A stretch of 64,000 nt of DNA from contig CAZFKS010000003.1 of assembly GCA_964519725.1 (NCBI GenBank), positions 15,821-79,820 of the forward strand, read 5' to 3'. Both the position numbers and the translations under genes were made by a program. This DNA is from an uncultured Gammaproteobacteria bacterium (GTDB lineage: Bacteria; Patescibacteriota; Patescibacteriia; Magasanikbacterales; UBA922). Shown piece by piece: positions 56,229 to 64,000 of the stretch (the first letter of the stretch is position 1; the number at the start of each line of letters is the position of its first letter). The notes under the pieces are model-generated. The model did no database searches and had not been told where the DNA came from. It saw only the letters and a program-made list of their open reading frames with translations.

Positions 56229-56587
56229 AGGACTGCAAGTCGGGCGGCGAGCGCGGCGCCAACCGTCTGGGCCTCGGCGTCAAGCCGAAGAATCTCTTCG
56301 GCGAGCTCTTCCATGGTCCAGTGGCTGCCGAAGCCGAAGAGCGCTTCGTCGCCAAAGAGGGCGCCTGACACAAGGGACGTACCTGAAAGCGGAATCGTGA
56401 GTGGCGCGACGGCGACGAACGCCCGGAACCCGGTTTCCGGGTCGTGCGTGTCAATGAGCCTGACGGTAAGGTCCGAAAAAGACACGAAAGCGGCGATGTC
56501 GTCGTGCGTCGGCGCGTCCGGGAGCTCGTCTCGAAGGCGCTCGGCGAGTGCAAGAACCTCGGGTGAATAGGTCGTATCAGCGGTCAT
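56225..56587 (-). CDS. Unnamed ~115-aa domain protein, paralogue 2
   Basis: LRDELPDAPT..DIAAFVS...F.AFVA..PLT......GALFGDEALF......EELA.EI..LDAEA..VGAALAAR; ATGA overlap with paralogue 1. Confidence 0.7.
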   Translation of the reverse strand: MTADTTYSPEVLALAERLRDELPDAPTHDDIAAFVSFSDLTVRLIDTHDPETGFRAFVAVAPLTIPLSGTSLVSGALFGDEALFGFGSHWTMEELAEEILRLDAEAQTVGAALAARLAVL

Positions 56588-56632
56588 ACGGAACGGTTAC
56601 GAACAAGAGTGCGAGCCCGCGAGTGGTCGGGG

Positions 56633-56992
56633 CGGCGCGCGGAACACGTGGTTGCCGGTGGTGGTCGAGGTCGTGTCATAGGAGGCGGGCCGGGGCCGTT
56701 ATCCGCCCCGCGGCTCCCGCGTGGCGACTGGACTCCCTGCCCGATACCGGGAGCCGATTAGCCAGGCGGCCCGTCCACAGGTCAAGGCCCTCGGCCGCTC
56801 TCGGACGGGCGCCTTGCCGCCCGGGGGTAACCTGTGGGCGGACGTCTGGCAGGCTCAACCGGCAGGGCGGGAGGCCGGGAGCTGAGCGGGACCGCTCGTG
56901 TTCGCGTTGTCTCTCGGCTGTTGGCTGTTCGGGTGGGCCTGTCCGGCCGACGTGCGCCGTGGGGCGCCGACGGCAAGGACTCCTTATGGGGG
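56633..56992 (-). promoter_or_regulatory. Repeat B copy 1: long stem-loop containing a sigma70 promoter (Frpo/ssDNA-promoter-like)
   Basis: Near-identical to 62062-62365 plus 62799-62853; TTGACC (56785-56780), 17 nt, GCTAAT (56762-56757) inside an imperfect inverted repeat 56711-56878. Confidence 0.65.
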
Positions 56993-57055
56993 GAGCCGCG
57001 CCGCGGCGACTAAGTCCCCCATGGAAGCCCGGCGCGCGCGGGCGCAGCGATAGCG

Positions 57056-57073
57056 TGTTTCCCCGGGGAAACA
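57056..57073. repeat. 18-bp palindrome, copy 4
   Basis: Perfect TGTTTCCCCGGGGAAACA between repeat B and the end of the Lamassu operon. Confidence 0.9.
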
Positions 57074-57172
57074 GCATGACCTGGCGCGCTTGCGGCCACG
57101 TTCGCACCCAACCGCGTTCCCACGGCGACGGCCGTTCGTTCGCCACATTTGGCCGAGTTGCGCCACCGCTTC

Positions 57173-58957
57173 CTACTTCACTTCGCCGAGGAAGTGCGGA
57201 CTCTTGGGCCCCTGGAAGGTCGGGGCCCAGGTCTCATCGATCCCTGCCGGCACAACCTCAATATCGGTGGCGCTGTACACGAGCTGAATGGGCGGGTCAG
57301 TCGTCGAGATCATCTTCTTGAACTCAACGACGAAGTCTCGTAGGTCCTCGGCGCTCAGCTCTTGTTGACGGGGCGCATCCAAGATAAGAACTCGGGGATG
57401 CTGCCCGTTCGTCTTGAGCGAGGCTTCGACGAGTGCGGCGTGATATGCGAGCACGAACCGGGCTCGCGTGCTGCCCGAATGACCAGAACCCTTCTTGAAG
57501 ACTTCTCCGTCCACGACGAATCGAAAATCTTCATCCCACGTGACGTCGAGAGCGGTGTTAGGAGTTCGGAGGACCGCCAGCCACCTTCGCGCTGCACCGG
57601 CCAATGCTGATCGAGCGTCGAGGACCCGGTCTCCCGGGCCGCTCCGCCTCGCTCGTGGACGGAGGGAGTCAACTAACTCGGCTTCGGCCCGCTCGCGGTC
57701 GAGAAGGGCGTTGAGCTGGGCTCGCTCGCGCTCGATGCGCTGCAGCCGATCGAGACGGACCCGAACGTCACCGATCTCTCTACTCAGGGTGTCAAGCATG
57801 GCCACGACCGATTCGCCGGGGCTCCGGGCGAGGCCGTCAGTCTTCTCTTTGACGGTAGTATCGAGGGCCGCCTGCGCTTCAGCGAGCTGCGAACCAAGCA
57901 GCCCGATTTCGGTATTCGCGTCCCCGATCCCCGTGACGAAGTCCTTGAGCTGGTCCCTCAAGTAGAGCACCCGGCGGCCATATGACGCTTCCGGGTTCCG
58001 GAAAAACTGGCAACTGCCACTGCCGCACAGCCTTCGGAACACGTCGGCCGCAATTTCGTTCTGTTCGAGAGCAGACAACTCGGTCTCAATCTCGGCCTGA
58101 GCGGCTTGCACCTGCATCATCCGACGCCTCAGGGCGCCATGTCGTTGGCCTAGCTCGTCGCGAATCCTCGTTGCCTCTCGGATTCGGCCATCGTAGACCG
58201 CACTGTCCGCAGCCAACACCTCGAGTGCGGAGTACATCCGAGTTAGCTCGCGCTCCAGGGTCGCGTGCCGCTCCCGAAGTAGAACCGCGCCATCGGGGCT
58301 GGCATCGGCGCCAGTTTCGCGCTGGAGCGCTTCGAGCCCGAGCCTCTTGAACGATATCTGTTCGCGTGTGCCGCCAAGACGTTCTTCAGCGGTTCGGAAG
58401 GCAGACTTGTCGACGGGCTTGTGCTTCGGTGGCAGGTCGAGGAGCCACCGCACCACTTCCTCGCGCTGGTCTCGCACGAACGTAGCTGTCGGCTCGTACC
58501 CGGTGGTCCAGCCCCCGTCCTGCTCAACCAAGAACATCGGGCCAGCCACGCTCAGGTACGCCGGAACTGGAGAGCCGTCACCACTTGAGGTGAGAGTCCG
58601 CGGCGCCGTACCGATTCTCGGAAGTACCCACGCCGAGAGTTCTCGCTCGGTTGCGATTTCGGTGCGCTCGCCGTCAGGTCCCTGAACGCGCACCTCAACT
58701 CCCTTTGCAACGATCTGCCGTTCGAGCGTGTGCTCGCCTAGGCCATCCGTGAGAACGAGGCGGACTGCTTGGCAGCGCTCGCGCACGTCCTTCGGGAACT
58801 CCACCGGAAGCCCCAGCGCGTACATAATCGCCTTCATTACCGGCGTCTTGCCGGAGCCGTTCGGCCCGAGGACCACCGTCGTGTGGCGCCCGAAGCGGAG
58901 TTTGCCAGAGCCCCAGCCTGCTTCGCCCCGCGGGAGGATTTCGAATTCAGTGAGCAT
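57173..58957 (-). CDS. lmuB: Lamassu LmuB-like SMC/Rad50-type ABC ATPase
   Basis: Walker A GPNGSGKT, Q-loop VEQDGGW, coiled coils with a central CGSGSC hook-like motif, signature HSGSTRARF, Walker B LILDAPRQQE. Confidence 0.8.
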   Translation of the reverse strand: MLTEFEILPRGEAGWGSGKLRFGRHTTVVLGPNGSGKTPVMKAIMYALGLPVEFPKDVRERCQAVRLVLTDGLGEHTLERQIVAKGVEVRVQGPDGERTEIATERELSAWVLPRIGTAPRTLTSSGDGSPVPAYLSVAGPMFLVEQDGGWTTGYEPTATFVRDQREEVVRWLLDLPPKHKPVDKSAFRTAEERLGGTREQISFKRLGLEALQRETGADASPDGAVLLRERHATLERELTRMYSALEVLAADSAVYDGRIREATRIRDELGQRHGALRRRMMQVQAAQAEIETELSALEQNEIAADVFRRLCGSGSCQFFRNPEASYGRRVLYLRDQLKDFVTGIGDANTEIGLLGSQLAEAQAALDTTVKEKTDGLARSPGESVVAMLDTLSREIGDVRVRLDRLQRIERERAQLNALLDRERAEAELVDSLRPRARRSGPGDRVLDARSALAGAARRWLAVLRTPNTALDVTWDEDFRFVVDGEVFKKGSGHSGSTRARFVLAYHAALVEASLKTNGQHPRVLILDAPRQQELSAEDLRDFVVEFKKMISTTDPPIQLVYSATDIEVVPAGIDETWAPTFQGPKSPHFLGEVK

Positions 58958-59436
58958 CAGAGTAGCTCCAGACCTCGGAGTCGAACCCGCTCGTGTGCCT
59001 TTGCGAGTGATCGAACAAGCGCACCAACATCGGTAATTTGAACCCGCAGATCCGAAAGAAGTGCCCGGCCGGTGGCGGAGGTGCTGACGCGACGAAGCGA
59101 CCCCTCGACCACATCAACCAAGCCAACAGTCTCAAGAATTGCGAGACCATCGGCGCACCGAGCGCGAAGCGAAACAGACCACTTCAGTCGACTTCTCGTC
59201 CCTCCGTCCGGGTCGAATCGCTCTGCAAGCACCGCGAGTGTCCATGTGGCTAGTTCACTGGTGCGGAGTTCGCCGTGACGCGCGTGTGTCACGACAAGAA
59301 TCGCGAGTGCGATAAGAGGCGTGTGGAAGAGCGTGTCGGCCGACAGGCCAGCTACGCGGTCGAGCCCGTCGGCGTTGACCTGCAACCGGACGTTTGCCGC
59401 CATTGCTGCTTCGATCAATTGTTCGAGGGTCCTCAC
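58957..59436 (-). CDS. lmuC: Lamassu LmuC-like / ABC-3C middle component
   Basis: Small wHTH-like protein (L...LETVGLVDV) overlapping both neighbours (GTGA and TGATG overlaps). Confidence 0.65.
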   Translation of the reverse strand: MRTLEQLIEAAMAANVRLQVNADGLDRVAGLSADTLFHTPLIALAILVVTHARHGELRTSELATWTLAVLAERFDPDGGTRSRLKWSVSLRARCADGLAILETVGLVDVVEGSLRRVSTSATGRALLSDLRVQITDVGALVRSLAKAHERVRLRGLELL

Positions 59437-60605
59437 GGCTCCGCCTCGACAGCCAGCGCCAGGATCGCGCCGAAAACGAGTGACTTGGTGAGTGGCTTCG
59501 TGGCGCCAATTGTGGCGTACCTCTGTGCGAGTGCACTCGCCTCATTCACGAGCCAGTCTAACGCCTTTCGGTCGGACACGTAGATCCGGAGCACGTCGCG
59601 GCAGTCCTTCTTTAGCAGGAGCAGGTCAGCAAGGTCGATCGTGGATCGTTCGGCGATAACCCACTCATCCCATCCCGTCTTCAGCTGACACCAGTCGGGA
59701 ATATGTGATTCGTCAATGCCGCTTCGCTGACAAAGCCGGTGAAGGCGCGAAAGAGCTACTACAGTTTGAAGGCCGGTCTCCTTAAGCGCTCGGTATCCCG
59801 TCGCCGAGAGGCTGAGGAGCTTTAGGATGTCCTCGAGGACGAGCGCCTTTTCCGACCGCAAGTCTGCCGGTGTCGACGGAAGGGCCTTCAGCACACGCTG
59901 GGACTTTCCGCGCACGACCGTGACAAGGCTTTCGCCGATGCGGAGTGCCTCGGACATTCGCAGGTCGACCTCAGAGAGCTTTCGAATTCGATTGCCGATC
60001 TCCAGCCGGCAGACGTCCTGATCGTGGAGTTTCCCGACGCACTCCTGCACGTGGAGACGCTGGAGGAAGGAGAGGAAGCTGGCCTCATCAAGACCAGGAA
60101 CCGCGGCCGGAAGGACTGCCACGACGTCCTGAAATATCCGAAGCGACTCACCGGCAAGCTGCGAATGAGAGGTGACGTTCTTCGCCTCCGTCAACAGGGC
60201 GTCGAACTCCGACGCAACCGCGGCGTTCGTGACGAAGACGAATCGGGCGCAACGCCCTCCGAAGCGAGTGGTGTGATCGAACATCTTCGGAAAAATGGCG
60301 GTCGCGTCGGCGGTGTACGGTGCCCTACGTCCTTTGAGCCCGAAGAACTCCTTCCACGACCAGGGACCTTCACTCGGCGAGCGGGTCTTCACCTGGTGGA
60401 ATCGGTACGAGATTATCGTGGCTTCCTCGAATACGTAGTCATCATGCCACTCGCAATAGATGCACACGTACTGATTTTCATCGAGAACGAGAAGCGCATC
60501 GTATGCCGCTTGATGATATTGGAACTCATAACGAGCGCCGGTGACGGCGCCGACCTGCTCGCGCGGCTCGCTCTGAAACAGTTCACGTCCGACCGGAGCG
60601 CTCAC
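59433..60605 (-). CDS. lmuA: Lamassu LmuA-like effector with a Cap4/DUF4297 dsDNA endonuclease domain
   Basis: PREQVGAVTGARYEFQYHQAA...CEWHDDYV...YRFHQVKTR...WS...FVFVTN. Confidence 0.8.
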   Translation of the reverse strand: MSAPVGRELFQSEPREQVGAVTGARYEFQYHQAAYDALLVLDENQYVCIYCEWHDDYVFEEATIISYRFHQVKTRSPSEGPWSWKEFFGLKGRRAPYTADATAIFPKMFDHTTRFGGRCARFVFVTNAAVASEFDALLTEAKNVTSHSQLAGESLRIFQDVVAVLPAAVPGLDEASFLSFLQRLHVQECVGKLHDQDVCRLEIGNRIRKLSEVDLRMSEALRIGESLVTVVRGKSQRVLKALPSTPADLRSEKALVLEDILKLLSLSATGYRALKETGLQTVVALSRLHRLCQRSGIDESHIPDWCQLKTGWDEWVIAERSTIDLADLLLLKKDCRDVLRIYVSDRKALDWLVNEASALAQRYATIGATKPLTKSLVFGAILALAVEAEP

Positions 60606-61033
60606 CGCAGGTCACCTCTTGTCCAGTCAGTGCCTTGAGGTGCGCGCGGTCACGCACCGTAGGCAGATCCCGTTCATCGCCGATACAGTAAGTGGGGCGG
60701 AGGTAGGCGTCAATCCGGGAAATTGCGGAAGCACCGAGTTCTCTTTGGGGGAGGAGACGGAGGAGACGGCAACTTCCCGCGGTCAAATCCATGTGCGGTC
60801 CTGTCCCACTGGCTGCGCCCGAAATGCCCGTCGACAGCAAGAACAGGTGATCGTCTTCTTCGCGAACAGGGACGATGAAACGCGAGTCCAATGCCCGCAT
60901 GGGCGGGACCGCGGCTGACAGGACGTCCTCGTCGACTGGAAGGACGCCCGGGAGTGAAGATGCAGGCGCGTTGCTATCATCCATGAGAACCCGTCCTGGC
61001 GACCGGGATTACGGAGCGTCAACGGAGCAAGCC

Positions 61034-61051
61034 TGTTTCCCCGGGGAAACA
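61034..61051. repeat. 18-bp palindrome, copy 5
   Basis: Perfect TGTTTCCCCGGGGAAACA between the Lamassu operon and repeat A copy 2. Confidence 0.9.
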
Positions 61052-61124
61052 CGCCAGGCGCGCGTTGTCGAAAGACAGCAGCCGGCCAAGCGTTCTCGTT
61101 CGCGGGCGATGCCGCGAACGGACA

Positions 61125-61263
61125 TCCCCCTCTGGGGGAGGGATGGCGGCGAAGCCGACGGCACTCCGGCACAGGGGGACGGGAGGGGGTGACGGGGCCA
61201 GCGGCCGCCCCGCCCCCCGAAGGGGGCGGAAGTGGCGCGGCCATAAAAAGATAGGCCCACCCG
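61125..61263 (-). repeat. Repeat A copy 2
   Basis: Homologous to 55732-55868; the minus strand forms CCGCCCCC-TTCG-GGGGGCGG. Confidence 0.85.
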
Positions 61264-61267
61264 GCTG

Positions 61268-62005
61268 TTAGTCTTCGGTTGCTAGCATGATGGTTGCGAC
61301 GATTTCGAGCTGGTCGCCGCGGTGAACGGCTACGACAAGGGACACCGCGCCGACTTCAAACGGGAGGCGCTCGCCAAGGTCAACGCCGCCTGCGGCCTCG
61401 ATGGCTTCGCGGGCGCCGGCGAGCGCGGCGAGGATTTCGAGGCCGCCGCGGTCCTTCTCGTCGCGCGGCTTGCCAGCCCGGAGGTCCGCGAGCGCACCCA
61501 CCGTGATTGCGACCGGCACCGGAAACCCGGCCGTGCGGGCGACCCCTTCGGCATCTATGAGGACGCCGTCCCCGATTGCCTCGGCGCGGGTGTAGCTGAA
61601 CACGTAGGCGCTCCGGTCCGCGAGTCGGTCCGGCGACCGAACCGGGAACTCAAAGAGCCAGGCAAAGCGAATCGCCCGCGCCCGTTGGTCAAGGCAGTCG
61701 AGCGCGTCCGCGACCTCGGCGGGTTCAAGCGTCTCGGGCTCGCCCGGCTCGAACGCGAACGCCTCGCGGTCGAATACGAGCGCGGCCCATTCGTCCCGTA
61801 CGCCCGTCTTGACCGTAAGCGGGAGGGCCGCGGCGTAGATGGCAAAGTCGTGCTCCGCATGAAGACGCGACAGCTCGAACGCCAAGAGCGGCGAGGCGGA
61901 CACGAACGCGGCAAACTGGTAGTGCCGCGGCCGCGCGTCCGGGAACTGCTCGGTATAGGCGGTCCGAATCTCGGTAAGCGTGGGCGGCGTAGTGCGGTAT
62001 AGCAT
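61268..62005 (-). CDS. Unnamed domain (paralogue 3) fused to a DUF6573-like domain
   Basis: N-half FPDARP..YQFAAFVS...FAIYAAALP...AALVFDREAF.F...EVADALDCLDQRAR; C-half VFSYTRAEAIGDGVLID...AGFPVPVAIT...GD..E.VATIMLATED. Confidence 0.75.
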   Translation of the reverse strand: MLYRTTPPTLTEIRTAYTEQFPDARPRHYQFAAFVSASPLLAFELSRLHAEHDFAIYAAALPLTVKTGVRDEWAALVFDREAFAFEPGEPETLEPAEVADALDCLDQRARAIRFAWLFEFPVRSPDRLADRSAYVFSYTRAEAIGDGVLIDAEGVARTAGFPVPVAITVGALADLRAGKPRDEKDRGGLEILAALAGAREAIEAAGGVDLGERLPFEVGAVSLVVAVHRGDQLEIVATIMLATED

Positions 62006-62061
62006 ACATGATGGTTAGTAAGAGCGGGCCACGGTACCGGGGGCGGTACGTGGTCACGGGA

Positions 62062-62853
62062 CGGCGCGCGGAACGCCGCGGTTACCGGTGGTGGTCGAGG
62101 TCGTGTCATAGGATGCGGGCCGGGGCCGTTATCCGCCCCGCGGCTCCCGCGTGGCGACTGGACTCCCTGCCCGATACTGGGAGCCGATTAGCCAGGCGGC
62201 CCGTCCACAGGTCAAGGCCCTCGGCCGCTCTGGGACGGGCGCCTTGCCGCCCGGGGGCAACCTGTGGGCGGACGTCTGGCAGGCTCAACCGGCAGGGCGG
62301 GAGGCCCGGGAGCCTAGCGGGGCCGCTCGTATCGCGTTGGCTGTTGGCTGTTCGGGTGGGCCTGTCCTTGGGCGCTCACGAGAATTGACCCGGGGTCTGC
62401 TCGTCTGGAGTGATCCAATCGCAGCGTGGGTTGGGTGGTTCGCTCCCGCGGGGTTGCGCTCGTTCCAGTCGGCTGCGAGCCGCGTCCGGCGCACGATCTG
62501 CGACTTCGAACGCAGCCGACTTCCACGACCGCCCATTGGAAGGCCACAAACCGGTTGCTGGACCGTGGGGCCTATGGCATCTTCTCCCTCGTGACGCCGC
62601 TCCGAGTGGTGTCAGCCTCCGTTGGCCCGTGGCAACCGGGCAACGTCGAGGCCATGAGCCGAAAACGTTGTACATCAAAAGTAGTTGGCGGGCGCGCGCG
62701 GTGCTTCGAGACCTGAGGAGCGCGGCTGGGCGGTCGTGTTCCGTCGGTGGATCAGTTTCGGCGAGCACGATTGGATCAGTTCAGGCGAGCACCGAAGGCC
62801 TGTCCGGCCGACGTGCGCCGTGGGGCGCCGACGGCAAGGACTCCTTATGGGGG
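62062..62853 (-). promoter_or_regulatory. Repeat B copy 2 (interrupted by a MITE at 62366-62798)
   Basis: Offset 5430 from copy 1 with few substitutions; -35 at 62215-62210, -10 at 62192-62187; homology resumes after the insertion. Confidence 0.65.
62366..62798. mobile_element. Non-autonomous IS21-like miniature element (MITE, ~433 bp)
   Basis: Absent from the other repeat copy; flanked by duplicated CCTGT; imperfect TIRs CCTTGGGCGCTCACGAGAATTGACCC vs rc CCTTCGGTGCTCGCCTGAACTGATCC; iterated subterminal repeats at both ends. Confidence 0.7.
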
Positions 62854-63046
62854 CGCTGCGTCTGACTGCGGTGGCCGTCTACCTCCGAAATCAAGTCGGG
62901 AACCGCTCGCGCGTCGGTAGCACGCTTGACGTGTTCAGGGGCGGACTCGTACCGTCCTCGTTCCGCGTCCGCTCGCCCAGAAGGAGAGGCACCGAGCGGC
63001 GCAGTGGGCTCCCAAGGACCACCACGGGCAACTTTTGAGAGGCGTC

Positions 63047-64000
63047 GTGAGCTACGCACTTCGAGTCTTCGTGAGTTCAACGTGCTACGAGCTTCGCGAC
63101 TTGCGTGCGCTCATCAGGCAGTGGCTCGAAGACCATGGTCTTAGTCCGCAAATGAGCGATGCAAACGGGTTTCCAACGCATGACGGCTTGCCGCCATACG
63201 CCTCCTGTTTGCGCGTTCTGGAGGAGTGCCCGCTGGTAATCGCCGTCATCGACCGACGGTACGGCACGGTCTTCGACGACTGGGGCCCGTACGAGAAGTA
63301 TCGAGGGCTTGCACCAACGCATGCGGAAATCGTCCATGCTCTAACCCGAGGGAAAAGGACGCTTATTTTCGTACAGGAAGAACTGTGGACCTTTTACGAG
63401 GTGTGGCGCAAGAATGGCGCTATGTTCGAGGGGCCTAGTCTTCCCTCTGGTCTCCAACGAGAAACCTTGTTGATGTTCCACGAGATCAAGCAACGGAAGC
63501 CGGCGCCCTGGATACGCAAATTCGGCACGGCGACGGAGATAACGAAAGCCCTTCAACTTGAGTTTGTGAACGAGCTTTATGCTCACCTCCACGCTCGGGA
63601 GCGAGAGACGACGGATACCGCAACCTTCCTGCTTGAGAAGCTCACCGGCGCCGCTCCAAACGTCCGACAGCAGATCGAGCGCGCCCTCAACCCGGACCTC
63701 ATTCGTGAAAAGGAGGCTCTTGAGCAGCGCTTGGCGGAGATCGAGCGTCAACTCGCCGCATCTGCAGAATCGGCTGAGCAACAGGTCCAGATTCTTGAAG
63801 AGCAGAAGACCGCCGTCGCCAGGCAGTTGGATGGTGTTCGCAGTGAAGTTAGTCGCCTAAGCGTAGTCCTGGCGCATGCTGCCATACGAGATGCAACGTG
63901 GTTGGACTTGGTCCGGCGGACCCTAATGCCGAAGACGCCGGGCCGGGTACCGTTCCACAACTCTGCTGAAATCGCGCTACGCGGATTTCACGTCAACCAA
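63047..64000 (+). CDS. DUF4062-domain protein with a coiled coil (runs off the window; absent from the ORF track)
   Basis: GAGAGG RBS then GTG: MSYALRVFVSSTCYELRDLR...CLRVLEECPLVIAVIDRRYG...THAEIVHAL..GKRTLIFV; open to 64000. Confidence 0.8.
   Translation, partial: MSYALRVFVSSTCYELRDLRALIRQWLEDHGLSPQMSDANGFPTHDGLPPYASCLRVLEECPLVIAVIDRRYGTVFDDWGPYEKYRGLAPTHAEIVHALTRGKRTLIFVQEELWTFYEVWRKNGAMFEGPSLPSGLQRETLLMFHEIKQRKPAPWIRKFGTATEITKALQLEFVNELYAHLHARERETTDTATFLLEKLTGAAPNVRQQIERALNPDLIREKEALEQRLAEIERQLAASAESAEQQVQILEEQKTAVARQLDGVRSEVSRLSVVLAHAAIRDATWLDLVRRTLMPKTPGRVPFHNSAEIALRGFHVNQ

Larger units (their letters stand above)
31823..64000. mobile_element. GC-rich accessory region: defence island / possible conjugative-element or plasmid segment of Myxococcota-like origin
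   Basis: Abrupt GC and codon shift, clustered defence genes, repeated modules, no housekeeping genes. No integrase or relaxase seen in the window. Confidence 0.5.

Noticed and set aside
56584-56679. 31-aa leader peptide (MTRPRPPP...) overlapping the start of the 120-aa ORF
   Set aside because: The stop and coupling are not conserved in the second module, where the frame runs on for 184 aa.
56548-57321. 257-aa + ORF and its look-alike at 62008-62388
   Set aside because: Their similarity is just translation of non-coding repeat B; the frames are not conserved outside the repeat core.
60583-60984. 133-aa ORF upstream of lmuA with a faint PilB/GspE N-terminal-like stretch (RFIVPVREEDDHLFL)
   Set aside because: The similarity is too short and the rest is uninformative; it could be a remnant or spurious.
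55692-62853. CRISPR array or integron cassette array
   Set aside because: Repeats are long, few and kilobases apart; no cas or intI gene; the palindromes lack attC R''/R' (RYYYAAC...GTTRRRY) architecture.

Overview
The window has two compositionally distinct halves that meet abruptly at about 31,820. Bases 1 to ~31,820 are AT-rich chromosomal DNA of a Patescibacteria/CPR (Parcubacteria, ABY1-like) bacterium; the taxon is inferred from gene content and order. This half carries a secreted GH123/DUF4091-like protein, a degenerate membrane-anchored PEP-synthase-like protein, pyk, nrdR, ftsZ, ftsA, dgkA, ybeY, three TSP3-repeat surface proteins, a 3762-aa and a 742-aa protein with VirB2-like pilin anchors, yqeY, rpsU, hisS, lepB, ribB and a PsbP-like lipoprotein. 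It ends in a terminator plus a possible 12-nt tRNA 3' fragment. Bases ~31,820 to 64,000 are GC-rich, Myxococcota-like accessory DNA that reads as a defence island or mobile element. It carries a GAPS4-like operon with an extra upstream gene, an M29 peptidase, a membrane C-type-lectin protein, a 1962-aa Cys-rich surface protein, a GHKL-ATPase/nuclease fusion, a Type ISP R-M enzyme with an extra C-terminal domain coupled to an Mrr-like nuclease, a Lamassu (Cap4-nuclease) operon and a DUF4062 gene missing from the ORF track. The most novel-looking structure is non-coding. (i) Two direct-repeat modules flank the Lamassu operon; each has a long stem-loop containing a sigma70 promoter (Frpo/ssDNA-promoter-like), paralogues of an unnamed ~115-aa domain and a conserved GC hairpin block. 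(ii) Five copies of an 18-bp parS/NBS-like palindrome (TGTTTCCCCGGGGAAACA) punctuate the gene blocks, one just upstream of a ParB/DUF1016-N-like DNA-binding gene. (iii) An IS21-like MITE is inserted in one repeat copy. All family assignments come from motif recognition by eye; no searches were run.
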